Assembly: GCA_965224085.1 (NCBI GenBank)
Contig: CBDCYI010000005.1
Coordinates: forward strand, 1-64,000
Reading direction: 5' to 3'
From: Candidatus Marinacidobacterales bacterium
GTDB taxonomy: Bacteria > Acidobacteriota > Vicinamibacteria > Marinacidobacterales > SMYC01
DNA: 64,000 nucleotides
The position numbers and the translations under genes are program-made. Numbering within the stretch: the stretch's first letter is position 1; each line of letters begins with the position of its first letter. Below, one piece after another: positions 1 to 9,605 of this stretch. The notes under the pieces were generated by a model that saw only the letters and a list, made by a program, of their open reading frames with translations, was not told the origin of the DNA and searched no databases.

Positions 1-1540
1 GAAAAACGATCAACCCACAACCAAGCCTTCGCGAGCCCTGGCTGGAGCTGGAGCACGCACGCGAGCTCGAAACGATATCATCGCTGCTCGATGCCCATCC
101 TAAGCTCAATGAGCTGGTACTTGCAAGACCTGAGGTCGGTCACCCCATCGGCAGGGAGCGATGTTGGTCGTGGGGGAATGAGCGCGGAGCAGGTTCTCCG
201 GGCGTTGTTGGTCAAGCAGCTGAATCAGTTCACCTATCGGGAGCTGGCGTTTCACTTGGCAGACTCTCGAAGCTATCGGACGTTTTGCCAGCTCGGCATC
301 ATAGAGCCGAGCCCGTCGAAGTCGACCCTAGCAGCAAACATCAAAGCCGTGAAGTTCGAAACGCTGGAGAAAATCAACCGAGAGTTGGTGAGTGTTGCCG
401 AGAAGACCGCGATCGAAAAAGGAAGAAAAGTACGAGTGGACTGCACGGTAGTGGAGTCGAATATTCATTCTCCTACGGACTCCGAGCTTCTTTATGACTG
501 CGTCCGAGTTCTCACTCGCCTCATGTGCCGAACTCGCGAACTGCTGGGTACAGTAGTGGTCTTCGGCAATCGAACGCGTCGAGCGAAGAGACGTCGACTG
601 GGAGTTCTAAACGCGAAGGATAAGGAACAAAGGCGTCGCGTTCTATCGAGATCTACTGAAGGTGTCGGAAGAAACCTATCGCTCCGCTCAACGCGTTGCA
701 GACCAGTTGGACGAGTCCGGCTTGACCGAGCCGGTGAAGCGAGCGAGTGCGGAGAAGATCGCCGCGGATTTTAAGCACTTTCTCGTCCTCACCGAAAAAG
801 TCATCAACCAAACTCGGCGTAGAGTGATTGATGAAGAGCGTGTGCCTGCGGAGGAAAAGGTCGTTTCGATCTTCGAAGAACACACCGACATTATTCGCAA
901 AGACCGGCGCGAGACTCTCTACGGTCACAAGGTGTGTTTGACTGGTGGCTCGTCCTCGATGATTTTGGATTGCGTGATCTTGGATGGGAATCCGTCCGAT
1001 TCAACTCTCGCGGAAACCATGATCGACCGTCAAGTCGAACTCTACGAACGGGCCCCGCGCCAGGTTGCCTACGATGGCGCGTTTTCTTCAAAGGCAAACT
1101 TGGAAGCCATCAAAGGCAAGGGAGTTGAAGATGTTGCCTTTACCAAGGCTCACTTCGCGGTGACCGATATGGTCAAGAGTTCCTGGGTCTATCAACGCCT
1201 ACGGCGATTTCGCTGCGGAATCGAAGGCGTCATTTCGTTCTTGAAACGAGTCTTTGGTCTCGACCGATGCACATGGCGCTCATTGCCTTCTTTCAAATCC
1301 TACGTATGGAGTTCCATCATCACCTGCAACCTGTTGGTAATGGCAAGGCACCTATTACGATAATAATGATTGCTCTTACTGCGTTTATAGCCATGGATTG
1401 CTGACGATTCGCCTCTCGTTTCGTCCAAGATTTTCATTCGCTTCCGAGCCTACGAGGTGCCGGCTGAAAACGTATAATACCCACATCTTCGATAGGCCTC
1501 TCGTACACCACAAGTTATGGTGTTTCTGGACAGGAACTAG
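1..1540 (+). mobile_element. IS element A (ISNCY/IS5-like DDE), left end outside the window
   Basis: Transposase followed by right end ...TTTCTGGACAGGAACTAG. The same end recurs inverted at 3569. Confidence 0.85.
3..1363 (+). pseudogene. ISNCY-like transposase split by two +1 frameshifts (about 121 and about 641)
   Basis: Frame 3 KTINPQPSLREPWLELEHARELETISSLLDAHP joins ORF 91..774 (VRVDCTVVESNIHSPTD) and ORF 662..1363 (YDGAF, RCGIEGVISFLKR). The extra T at about 641 is absent from the inverted copy. Confidence 0.8.
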
Positions 1541-1908
1541 CTAGAGCCTGTTGCAAAACGTAACCGCTTTCACCGTTGGTTTCAATCCGCGTCCAATCGG
1601 GCAGCTGACAGATCTGTGATTTGCCGGCGCCAAACGCGCCTGGATCGATCCGCAAGAATTTTCCCAACTATTTTGTATTTGGTCGTTTTTTTCTTGACTT
1701 GTAGCCTAAGGGATGATATTTATTAGGCGTTATAGGGACCGTTACCAGGCAGTCCGCCCTCTTCTACGTCAACTTCTCCAAACAGGCGTCGCTCATCAAG
1801 GATGATCTACTCGAACCCGTCGACACGCTCCTCGAGGACCCCGAGCTGATAGAACTGACGAGAGAATCGCTCGCTGGTCGTTTCCCGCTCTCACCGCGTA
1901 CCGGCCGG

Positions 1909-3168
1909 GTGAGTATCGCGCCTGACCGCTTGCTCCGCAGCTGTGTACTCAAGCACATCAAAGGATGGTCCTTCCGAGTCCTCGAGCGGGAGATCCGTTC
2001 TAGCCTCGTGTATCGGCGCTTCACTCGCTTCGACGACGATTCGATTCCCAACTACTCCACATTCAGTCGCAACTTTTCCCTACTCGGTGATGCGTTCGTA
2101 GAGAAAATCCATGCCCGTGTGGTCGCTCAGGCTCGAGACGAAAAGGTGGCTACGGGACGCAAGTTACGCACGGATACGACGGTAGTGGAGAGCAACATCC
2201 ATTACCCCACAGATAGCTCACTGCTTGCCGATGGCATCCGGGTGCTCACCCGTAGTCTGAAGTGTATTGCAAAGGCTTGTGCTCAAGGTGCGCTCAAGGT
2301 GGTGGACCACAGCCGATCAACGAAAAACAGGCAGCTTGAGATCGACCGCGCCAGCAAGTCGTTCACCGAATCGAGCCAAGTCAAGTTCAAGCAAAGTTAT
2401 CGCAAGCTCATGGGCACGGCGCGCAGCGTGGTCCGGCAAGCCGACGAGGTTATTCAGTCGCTCAAGAGCGGAAAGCTTCCGGTCGTGGGTTCGCTGGTGA
2501 GCATCATAAGCAATCAGAGCCAACTCGAACATTATCTGCCACTGTGCAAAAAGGTGTTAGCTCAGACAAAGGCCCGTGTTTTAGGGGGCCATCGTCACCA
2601 TCCGGACAAGATCGTCAGCCTGTTCGAGGAGCATACGGCCGTGATCCGAAAAGGCAAAACATGGAAGCCGACCGAGTTTGGACGACTCGTGCGAATTGAT
2701 GAGGTGGAGAACGGCATTGTTAGCCACTACGAAGTTGCCGCAGGCAATCCGGCGGACCAAACTCAGTGGATGCCCGCGCTGGAGCAACACAAAAAACAGT
2801 TCGCTCGTGCGCCGGAGATGGCGACCGCTGACCGCGGATTCTTTTCGGCAGACAATGAACGCAAGGCCATAGATCTCGGTGTAAAGAAAGTGGTGTTGCC
2901 GGCTCGAGGACGACCCTCGAAAAAACGAGCCAAGGTTCAAAAAAAGCGCTGGTTCCGTCGAGCCCTCAAGTGGCGCGGGGGCGTCGAGTCCCGCATCAGC
3001 ACCCTCAAGCACCGCTTCGCTATGCTTCGCGCCACCTACAAGGGCGACCGAGGATTCAAGCGTTACGTCGGGTGGTGCGTTATCAGCCAAAACCTCATAT
3101 CGATCGCTCGAGTCAAGCGGCGAAGAAAGGACAGCGAAAATGCCGAACCCTCATTCCGATCCACGTAA
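1909..3168 (+). CDS. ISNCY-like DDE transposase (true start probably upstream, about 1732)
   Basis: Motifs LRTDTTVVESNIHYPTD, TADRGF, RGGVESRISTLKHRF. Frame is open back to 1717. Confidence 0.9.
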   Translation: MSIAPDRLLRSCVLKHIKGWSFRVLEREIRSSLVYRRFTRFDDDSIPNYSTFSRNFSLLGDAFVEKIHARVVAQARDEKVATGRKLRTDTTVVESNIHYPTDSSLLADGIRVLTRSLKCIAKACAQGALKVVDHSRSTKNRQLEIDRASKSFTESSQVKFKQSYRKLMGTARSVVRQADEVIQSLKSGKLPVVGSLVSIISNQSQLEHYLPLCKKVLAQTKARVLGGHRHHPDKIVSLFEEHTAVIRKGKTWKPTEFGRLVRIDEVENGIVSHYEVAAGNPADQTQWMPALEQHKKQFARAPEMATADRGFFSADNERKAIDLGVKKVVLPARGRPSKKRAKVQKKRWFRRALKWRGGVESRISTLKHRFAMLRATYKGDRGFKRYVGWCVISQNLISIARVKRRRKDSENAEPSFRST

Positions 3169-3484
3169 ACGTCGGGACCAGCTCCTACAACAGATTCAAC
3201 AATATGCGCGAAGGGCGATCTTCGGCACACCCTCCGAAACCTATCGTACCTGCGGTACGCCCACTTGTCGGTGCCACGGGCCCGGGCCAAAGCATGGCCC
3301 TCACCTCTATATCAATTTTCGTGGCAAGCACGGCAAGACTACCGGCTACTATGTGCCCCAAGCCGCACACAAGCGTATCCGCGAAGGCGTCGCCGCATGG
3401 CAGAGCTTGCAGGATTGTCTGCGAGAACTCGCGGACATCAACAAGCAAAATACGCTCGACCGTGCCCGACAGGCGCGTTCCTAA
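3140..3484 (+). CDS. DUF6788-like small Cys/His protein carried by the IS
   Basis: G-x-x-SETYRTCGTPTCRCHGPGPKHGPHLY...GKT...YVP pattern. Lies inside the TIRs and overlaps the transposase 3' end. Confidence 0.75.
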   Translation: MPNPHSDPRKRRDQLLQQIQQYARRAIFGTPSETYRTCGTPTCRCHGPGPKHGPHLYINFRGKHGKTTGYYVPQAAHKRIREGVAAWQSLQDCLRELADINKQNTLDRARQARS

Positions 3485-3745
3485 CAAGCAGTACAACCAA
3501 CGGCCTCACTCCTGTGCTCAAACAAATGAACGCCTTGACGCTAAACGGGCTTTTGCAACAGGCTCTAGCTAGTTCCTGTCCAGAAACACCATAACTTGTG
3601 GTGTACGAGAGGCCTATCGAAGATGTGGGTATTATACGTTTTCAGTCGGCACCTCGTAGGCTCGGAAGCGAATGAAAATCTTGGACGAAACGAGAGGCGA
3701 ATCGTCAGCAATCCATGGCTATAAACGCAGTAAGAGTAATCATTA

Positions 3746-5065
3746 TTATCGTAATAGGTGCCTTGCCATTACCAACAGGTTGCAGGTGATGATGGAACTC
3801 CATACGTAGGATTTGAAAGAAGGCAATGAGCGCCATGTGCATCGGTCGAGACCAAAGACTCGTTTCAAGAACGAAATGACGCCTTCGATTCCGCAGCGAA
3901 ATCGCCGTAGGCGTTGATAGACCCAGGAACTCTTGACCATATCGGTCACCGCGAAGTGAGCCTTGGTAAAGGCAACATCTTCAACTCCCTTGCCTTTGAT
4001 GGCTTCCAAGTTTGCCTTTGAAGAAAACGCGCCATCGTAGGCAACCTGGCGCGGGGCCCGTTCGTAGAGTTCGACTTGACGGTCGATCATGGTTTCCGCG
4101 AGAGTTGAATCGGACGGATTCCCATCCAAGATCACGCAATCCAAAATCATCGAGGACGAGCCACCAGTCAAACACACCTTGTGACCGTAGAGAGTCTCGC
4201 GCCGGTCTTTGCGAATAATGTCGGTGTGTTCTTCGAAGATCGAAACGACCTTTTCCTCCGCAGGCACACGCTCTTCATCAATCACTCTACGCCGAGTTTG
4301 GTTGATGACTTTTTCGGTGAGGACGAGAAAGTGCTTAAAATCCGCGGCGATCTTCTCCGCACTCGCTCGCTTCACCGGCTCGGTCAAGCCGGACTCGTCC
4401 AACTGGTCTGCAACGCGTTGAGCGGAGCGATAGGTTTCTTCCGACACCTTCAGTAGATCTCGATAGACGCGACGCCTTTGTTCCTTATCCTTCGCGTTTA
4501 GAACTCCCAGTCGACGTCTCTTCGCTCGACGCGTTCGATTGCCGAAGACCACTACTGTACCCAGCAGTTCGCGAGTTCGGCACATGAGGCGAGTGAGAAC
4601 TCGGACGCAGTCATAAAGAAGCTCGGAGTCCGTAGGAGAATGAATATTCGACTCCACTACCGTGCAGTCCACTCGTACTTTTCTTCCTTTTTCGATCGCG
4701 GTCTTCTCGGCAACACTCACCAAGGTGAGCACCCGGATGCCATCGGCAAGCAGTGAGCTATCTGTGGGGTAATGGATGTTGCTCTCCACTACCGTCGTAT
4801 CCGTGCGTAACTTGCGTCCCGTAGCCACCTTTTCGTCTCGAGCCTGAGCGACCACACGGGCATGGATTTTCTCTACGAACGCATCACCGAGTAGGGAAAA
4901 GTTGCGACTGAATGTGGAGTAGTTGGGAATCGAATCGTCGTCGAAGCGAGTGAAGCGCCGATACACGAGGCTAGAACGGATCTCCCGCTCGAGGACTCGG
5001 AAGGACCATCCTTTGATGTGCTTGAGTACACAGCTGCGGAGCAAGCGGTCAGGCGCGATACTCAC
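3746..5065 (-). CDS. Chimeric in-frame transposase (B N-terminus + A C-terminus)
   Basis: ...LLADGIRVLT|LVSVAEKTAIEKG..., junction at 4723/4724. The DxTVVESNIHxPTDS motif occurs twice. Confidence 0.8.
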   Translation of the reverse strand: MSIAPDRLLRSCVLKHIKGWSFRVLEREIRSSLVYRRFTRFDDDSIPNYSTFSRNFSLLGDAFVEKIHARVVAQARDEKVATGRKLRTDTTVVESNIHYPTDSSLLADGIRVLTLVSVAEKTAIEKGRKVRVDCTVVESNIHSPTDSELLYDCVRVLTRLMCRTRELLGTVVVFGNRTRRAKRRRLGVLNAKDKEQRRRVYRDLLKVSEETYRSAQRVADQLDESGLTEPVKRASAEKIAADFKHFLVLTEKVINQTRRRVIDEERVPAEEKVVSIFEEHTDIIRKDRRETLYGHKVCLTGGSSSMILDCVILDGNPSDSTLAETMIDRQVELYERAPRQVAYDGAFSSKANLEAIKGKGVEDVAFTKAHFAVTDMVKSSWVYQRLRRFRCGIEGVISFLKRVFGLDRCTWRSLPSFKSYVWSSIITCNLLVMARHLLR

Positions 5066-5415
5066 CCGGCCGGTACGCGGTGAGAGCGGGAAACGACCAG
5101 CGAGCGATTCTCTCGTCAGTTCTATCAGCTCGGGGTCCTCGAGGAGCGTGTCGACGGGTTCGAGTAGATCATCCTTGATGAGCGACGCCTGTTTGGAGAA
5201 GTTGACGTAGAAGAGGGCGGACTGCCTGGTAACGGTCCCTATAACGCCTAATAAATATCATCCCTTAGGCTACAAGTCAAGAAAAAAACGACCAAATACA
5301 AAATAGTTGGGAAAATTCTTGCGGATCGATCCAGGCGCGTTTGGCGCCGGCAAATCACAGATCTGTCAGCTGCCCGATTGGACGCGGATTGAAACCAACG
5401 GTGAAAGCGGTTACG

Positions 5416-5429
5416 TTTTGCAACAGGCT
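5416..5429 (-). repeat. B-type terminal inverted repeat (third copy)
   Basis: TTTTGCAACAGGCT followed by CTAG. Confidence 0.9.
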
Positions 5430-5559
5430 CTAGCTATGGGTTGGTCCACGAGAGGCTGTTGCTGGGCGCTGGTGGGGCTTGCTTTTGCGGTTCGGTGGTT
5501 GGATTCGCAACGCCACTGTCTGACGGCGTCGGAAGGCCCGGAAAAGGTTCATCGAGATA

Positions 5560-7406
5560 CTAGGCCGCTTGGGCAATCTTCGCCCAGGCACCTAGACAAA
5601 GAAGGCGCCAGAGAATGGCCTGGTGGTCCTGGATGCCTTTTTGTTGCTCTTCTATCAACCGGGCGACCTCGGCGGGGTCGATCCAATCGCGGTATAAGGG
5701 CAAGGCGAAATACCCGTCGAGCCAGCGCCTGGCATCATCCACGATGTCGCGACGCATCCAGGTTCCGAAGGGAGTGGAAATCCCATTTTCATGCGGCGCT
5801 TGAGGACCCGGGGCGGGATTCGTCCCCGAGCCACCTCGCGGAAAACCCACTTCGTGGTTCCACTCCGTATCTTGAGCTGCGACGGCAGGGACGAAACGTA
5901 AGCCACCAGCCGATGATCCAAATAGGGACAACGGTTCTCAATGCCAAAAGCCATGCTCAAGCGGTCTCCGTAGCGCAGGAGAGCGGGGAGAGACGTCTCG
6001 GTCAGCGCGGCCCGGAGAACCTCGTTGAGACTCCCGTTAGCATGACTCCACCGAGGCAGCTCTCCGCGAAAGCTGTCCTCCCAGTCACGGTTCAACGGAA
6101 GGCGTCGATGGACAGTCCGTTTTCCCCGGATCCTCTCCACGACCAGGGCGAGGGGGTACTGACTCAGCAAATGACGGTTTTGAAGAATCGTCAGCATCAG
6201 GTCGGGCGCCCGCAGGACCTTATCCAACACCGAGCTCTCCCGCCACGCCGCAGGTAAGAAGTAAAGATATCCGCCCGCCAGCTCGTCCGCACCCTGGCCG
6301 TCGAGGAGCACTTTCACTTGACCCGATGCCCGCTGGGCCACCATCCAAAGGGAGAACGGGCCGGGTAGGCGACTCGGCTGCCCGAGATACTTGACGAGCT
6401 TCTCAAAATCTCTCACGAAGGCCGTCGCGTCGGAAGCCGCCCAATGGGGCCGGCAAGATAGTCCGTCGATCGCGGCTTGAAGGTAGCTTGTCTCATCGTA
6501 ACCCCGATGGCTATAGCCGGTCGAGAAGACGGGGAGCTCCCGCTCTCCCGCCTCGTTGGCCAAGGAAAGCAGTAAAGTGCTGTCGAGTCCCCCGCTCAAA
6601 CTGATGCCCAGGGGCGCGTCGGAACGGAGACGCAAGCGCACGCTTTCGAACAGCAGCGACTCGGTGGTCGTCACGGCTTGAGACTCCTCGACCTGCTCTT
6701 CTTGGTTAGGAAGCTCCCAGTAGCGTTCTCGTCGAACGCTTCCATCCTTTGGGTTGAAAAAGAGGTTGGTCGCCGGGGGAAGCTCGCAAATGGACTCGAA
6801 AAAAGTTGACTCAGCGTTCTCCATCTCGGAAAAGGCCACGTAGCGATAGACCGTACGCTGGTTGGGACGCCGAGGCACTCCCTCGAGGCAGAGCAACGCT
6901 CGTATCTCCGAGGCGAACGCCAAGAATCCTTCCTCCTCGTCCCGGAAGATGTAGAGAGGTTTCTGTCCGAGGCGATCCCTCGACAGGAATAGCCGTTCGC
7001 CGTCCCATATGCCGAGCGCCCACATCCCGACGAATCGCTCCACACAAGCAGGCCCCCACTGGCGATAAGCAGCAAGAATAACTTCCGTATCGCAGGAGGT
7101 TCGGAAGGCGTGACCGAGCGTCTTCAACTCCTCCCGGAGCTCGCGGTAGTTGTAGATCTCCCCGTTAAAGGTGATGACAAAACCCTCCGACCTCACCATG
7201 GGCTGGTGCCCTTCCGGGCTCAAATCCAGAATGGAAAGTCGCACGTTACCCAGACCCAGAGTGAAGGGGCCACCCACACCGGTACCTTTCCCGGACCAGA
7301 TACCGGAGTCGTCGGGTCCCCGGTGGGCGATTCGATGGAGGGCGCGTTTGAGCTCCGGTTTTGGGTCGCCGACCCCACGTCGAAAGACCACCACGATCCC
7401 ACACAT
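5560..7406 (-). CDS. asnB: Asparagine synthase (glutamine-hydrolysing)-like amidotransferase, frameshift at about 5780
   Basis: N-terminal MCGI, HRGPD, RLSILDLS, NGEIYN, SGGLDS, GQGADE. The C-terminus continues in ORF 5560..5931 (TPFGTWMR). Confidence 0.85.
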
Positions 7407-7407
7407 G

Positions 7408-8460
7408 TCAGGCCTCCCCCACTTTTTCCCGGAGGGTGTTCCACTGCCACTCCGAGACATCAACCGAGCACGCCAGCATTTCCAACCGCTTCCTCTTCGC
7501 CTCCGCCTTCACTTCATCGAGTCGAGAAAGCCAGTCCCGGGTCAAATTCAGGAGGTCCTCGAAAGCGTCGGGCAGGAAACCTCGCGTCAGTTCGTAGGTC
7601 TTTTCCAGCTCCGTAAGGTAACTGATCCGACCGACAAAGGAGCTGCAGCGAAGCGAGGGAACGCCGAGAACGGCAGCCTCGGCGGCCATCGTCTGGCTGT
7701 CGCCGACGTAAAGCGATGCGAAAGCCAGAAGATCGTGCAGCTTGTCCGGGCTCAGCGGGAAACGATAGCGCTCGAGCCCCGGATGCATCTCGTCCTCCAC
7801 GGTAATCAAGACCCTTCCGCGGCCGACAAGTAGCTCCACGAGCCTTTCCACGGAAGCGTAAGGAATTCCGCGGGCCCCCCGATCATGGTGCGCGCGGAGG
7901 GCGGCGAGCCGCAGAACGAAGTAGGGCCTGTCCGGGTCAAGACCCATGGAGCGAGGAACCGCTGGATCGGGAGTGAAGTGGTCCGGGTGAAGATAAGCCA
8001 GTTCGTGATAGCCGGGGTACGTTAGGTGTCTTTCGCCGTAATTCTCGTGGGCCAGGCACCGGGGCGTCACGACATAGTTGCAGAGGGGGTACGCGACCGT
8101 TGTAGTGATCGGGACCGCCTTCCGATCATCTTCATTGAAGACAAAGGAGGGTTTTCCAATGAGCCGTCCCACCAACCCGATGCTCATCGAAGTCCCCAGC
8201 AGGGCGTGAGGCTTGAATCGTCTGGCCGCTTCCCATACCTTCATGGTGCGAGCGAGAAACTCCCGTGCTCCACCGAGCAAGCCCGGGCGCGCCCGAGAGG
8301 CCACATAATGAGGGATCCGATACCGCTCGCAAAGCCTCACGGTAACGTCCTTCTCGCGGGCGAGCACGAGCGCGTCCCCGCCGTCCCTCTGCGACCTCTA
8401 AATGAGGTGTCGGAACAAATGCACTTGCGCGGGATGAAGAACGTCGAAGAGAAGACGCAT
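7408..8460 (-). pseudogene. DUF354 domain protein (GT-B-like) with in-frame TAG at 8398-8400
   Basis: ATG 8460 reads MRLLFDVLHPAQVHLFRHLI*RSQRDGGDALVLAREKDV, then continues to YPGYHELAYLHP and GDSQTMAAEAAVLGVP. Confidence 0.75.
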
Positions 8461-8487
8461 AGGGCACCGAAGTTTCGCCGATTGGAT

Positions 8488-9597
8488 TCAAAGACCGGAG
8501 AGCACCTGGACGATGCGGTTCTGATCGTCCTCTCCCAGATAGGCATGGATCGGAAGACTGAAGATCTTGCGCGATGTCTCTTCGGCGCGCGACAGCGAGA
8601 CTGGGCTTAGCGCGCGATCCCGGAAGGCCTCCTGCTGGTTCAAAGGCTTCGGGTAGTAGACCGCCGTCGGAACGCCCGCCTCTCGCAGGCGCTCGCGATC
8701 GATGGTGCGTTGGTCGCTGAGTACAGAGTACTGCGCCCATACGGACCGGTTGCCCGCGGGGATCTTCTGAACCGTTCGCGCTCCACGCAAGCCATCCGTG
8801 TAGCGCGCGGCGACGATCTGTCGCTTCTCGACTTCCTCTTCGAATATCTCGAGCTTCTCGAGAAGCACCGCCGCTTGAAGCGTATCGCAGCGGCCGTTCA
8901 ACCCGATGCGCACGTTGTCGTACTTGTCACGGCCTGCCCCGTGGACCCGCAGGGAGCGCAGCGTTTCCGCGAGCTCATCGTCGCTCGTGAAAACCGCCCC
9001 AGCATCTCCGTAGCATCCGAGCGGCTTCGCTGGGAAGAACGACGTCGTCGCGATCGGAGCGTTCGACCCCGCGCGTTGGCCCGACGCCGATGCGCCGAAG
9101 GATTGGGCAGCGTCCTGGATCACGAAAAGACCATGTTCATCGGCAAGGGCGCGAATCGAGTCGTAGTCCGCAAGGAGGCCGAAGAGATCCACCGCTATGA
9201 CGCCGCGCGGACGGCCGAGTCCTTCCTCACGGACGCGGAGGACGGCGTCCCGCAAGCTATCCACGTCCAGATTCCAGGTCTCCGGATCGATGTCCACGAA
9301 AGCTGGCATCGCACCGATGAGCGGCAAGACCTCCGCCGTCGCCACGAACGTAAACGCGGGCGTGAAAACGATGTCTCCAGGTACGACGTCCATCGCGAGA
9401 AGAGCCATGAGGAGCGCGTCCGTGCCGCTAGAGCAAGTCACAGCATGCTTCACCCCCACGAACTCCGCGAGTTTTTCCTCGAGCTCGAAAACTTCCGGTC
9501 CTGAGATGTACTTCCCGTGATCGAGCACTCTTCGGATCCGCTCCTCGATGCGCTCGCGCAGGCACTGCTGTTGGGTCTCTAAATCGATGAACTCCAT
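8488..9597 (-). CDS. DegT/DnrJ/EryC1/StrS aminotransferase (WbpE-like)
   Basis: MEFIDL start, SSGTDAL, DAAQSFGA, TSFFPAKPLGCYGD. Confidence 0.92.
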   Translation of the reverse strand: MEFIDLETQQQCLRERIEERIRRVLDHGKYISGPEVFELEEKLAEFVGVKHAVTCSSGTDALLMALLAMDVVPGDIVFTPAFTFVATAEVLPLIGAMPAFVDIDPETWNLDVDSLRDAVLRVREEGLGRPRGVIAVDLFGLLADYDSIRALADEHGLFVIQDAAQSFGASASGQRAGSNAPIATTSFFPAKPLGCYGDAGAVFTSDDELAETLRSLRVHGAGRDKYDNVRIGLNGRCDTLQAAVLLEKLEIFEEEVEKRQIVAARYTDGLRGARTVQKIPAGNRSVWAQYSVLSDQRTIDRERLREAGVPTAVYYPKPLNQQEAFRDRALSPVSLSRAEETSRKIFSLPIHAYLGEDDQNRIVQVLSGL

Positions 9598-9605
9598 CTT
9601 GATAC

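Larger units (their letters stand above)
1545..3564 (+). mobile_element. IS element B (ISNCY/IS5-like), complete, with passenger gene
   Basis: 14-bp terminal inverted repeats AGCCTGTTGCAAAA (1545-1558) and TTTTGCAACAGGCT (3551-3564), flanked by CTAG on both sides. Confidence 0.9.
3569..5429 (-). mobile_element. Hybrid IS: left end of B fused to right part of A
   Basis: 4724-5429 is the reverse complement of 1545-2250. 3569-4723 is the reverse complement of 385-1540. CTAG flanks at 3565 and 5430. Confidence 0.85.

Noticed and set aside
5307-6257. 316-aa plus-strand ORF and other long antisense ORFs (28143..29507, 54034..55446, 50276..51400)
   Set aside because: Shadow frames of real genes in GC-rich DNA, with no motifs.
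8398-8400. Pyrrolysine or stop-codon reassignment
   Set aside because: TAG ends many normal genes here (for example ccmD and the TonB receptor). No pyl genes.
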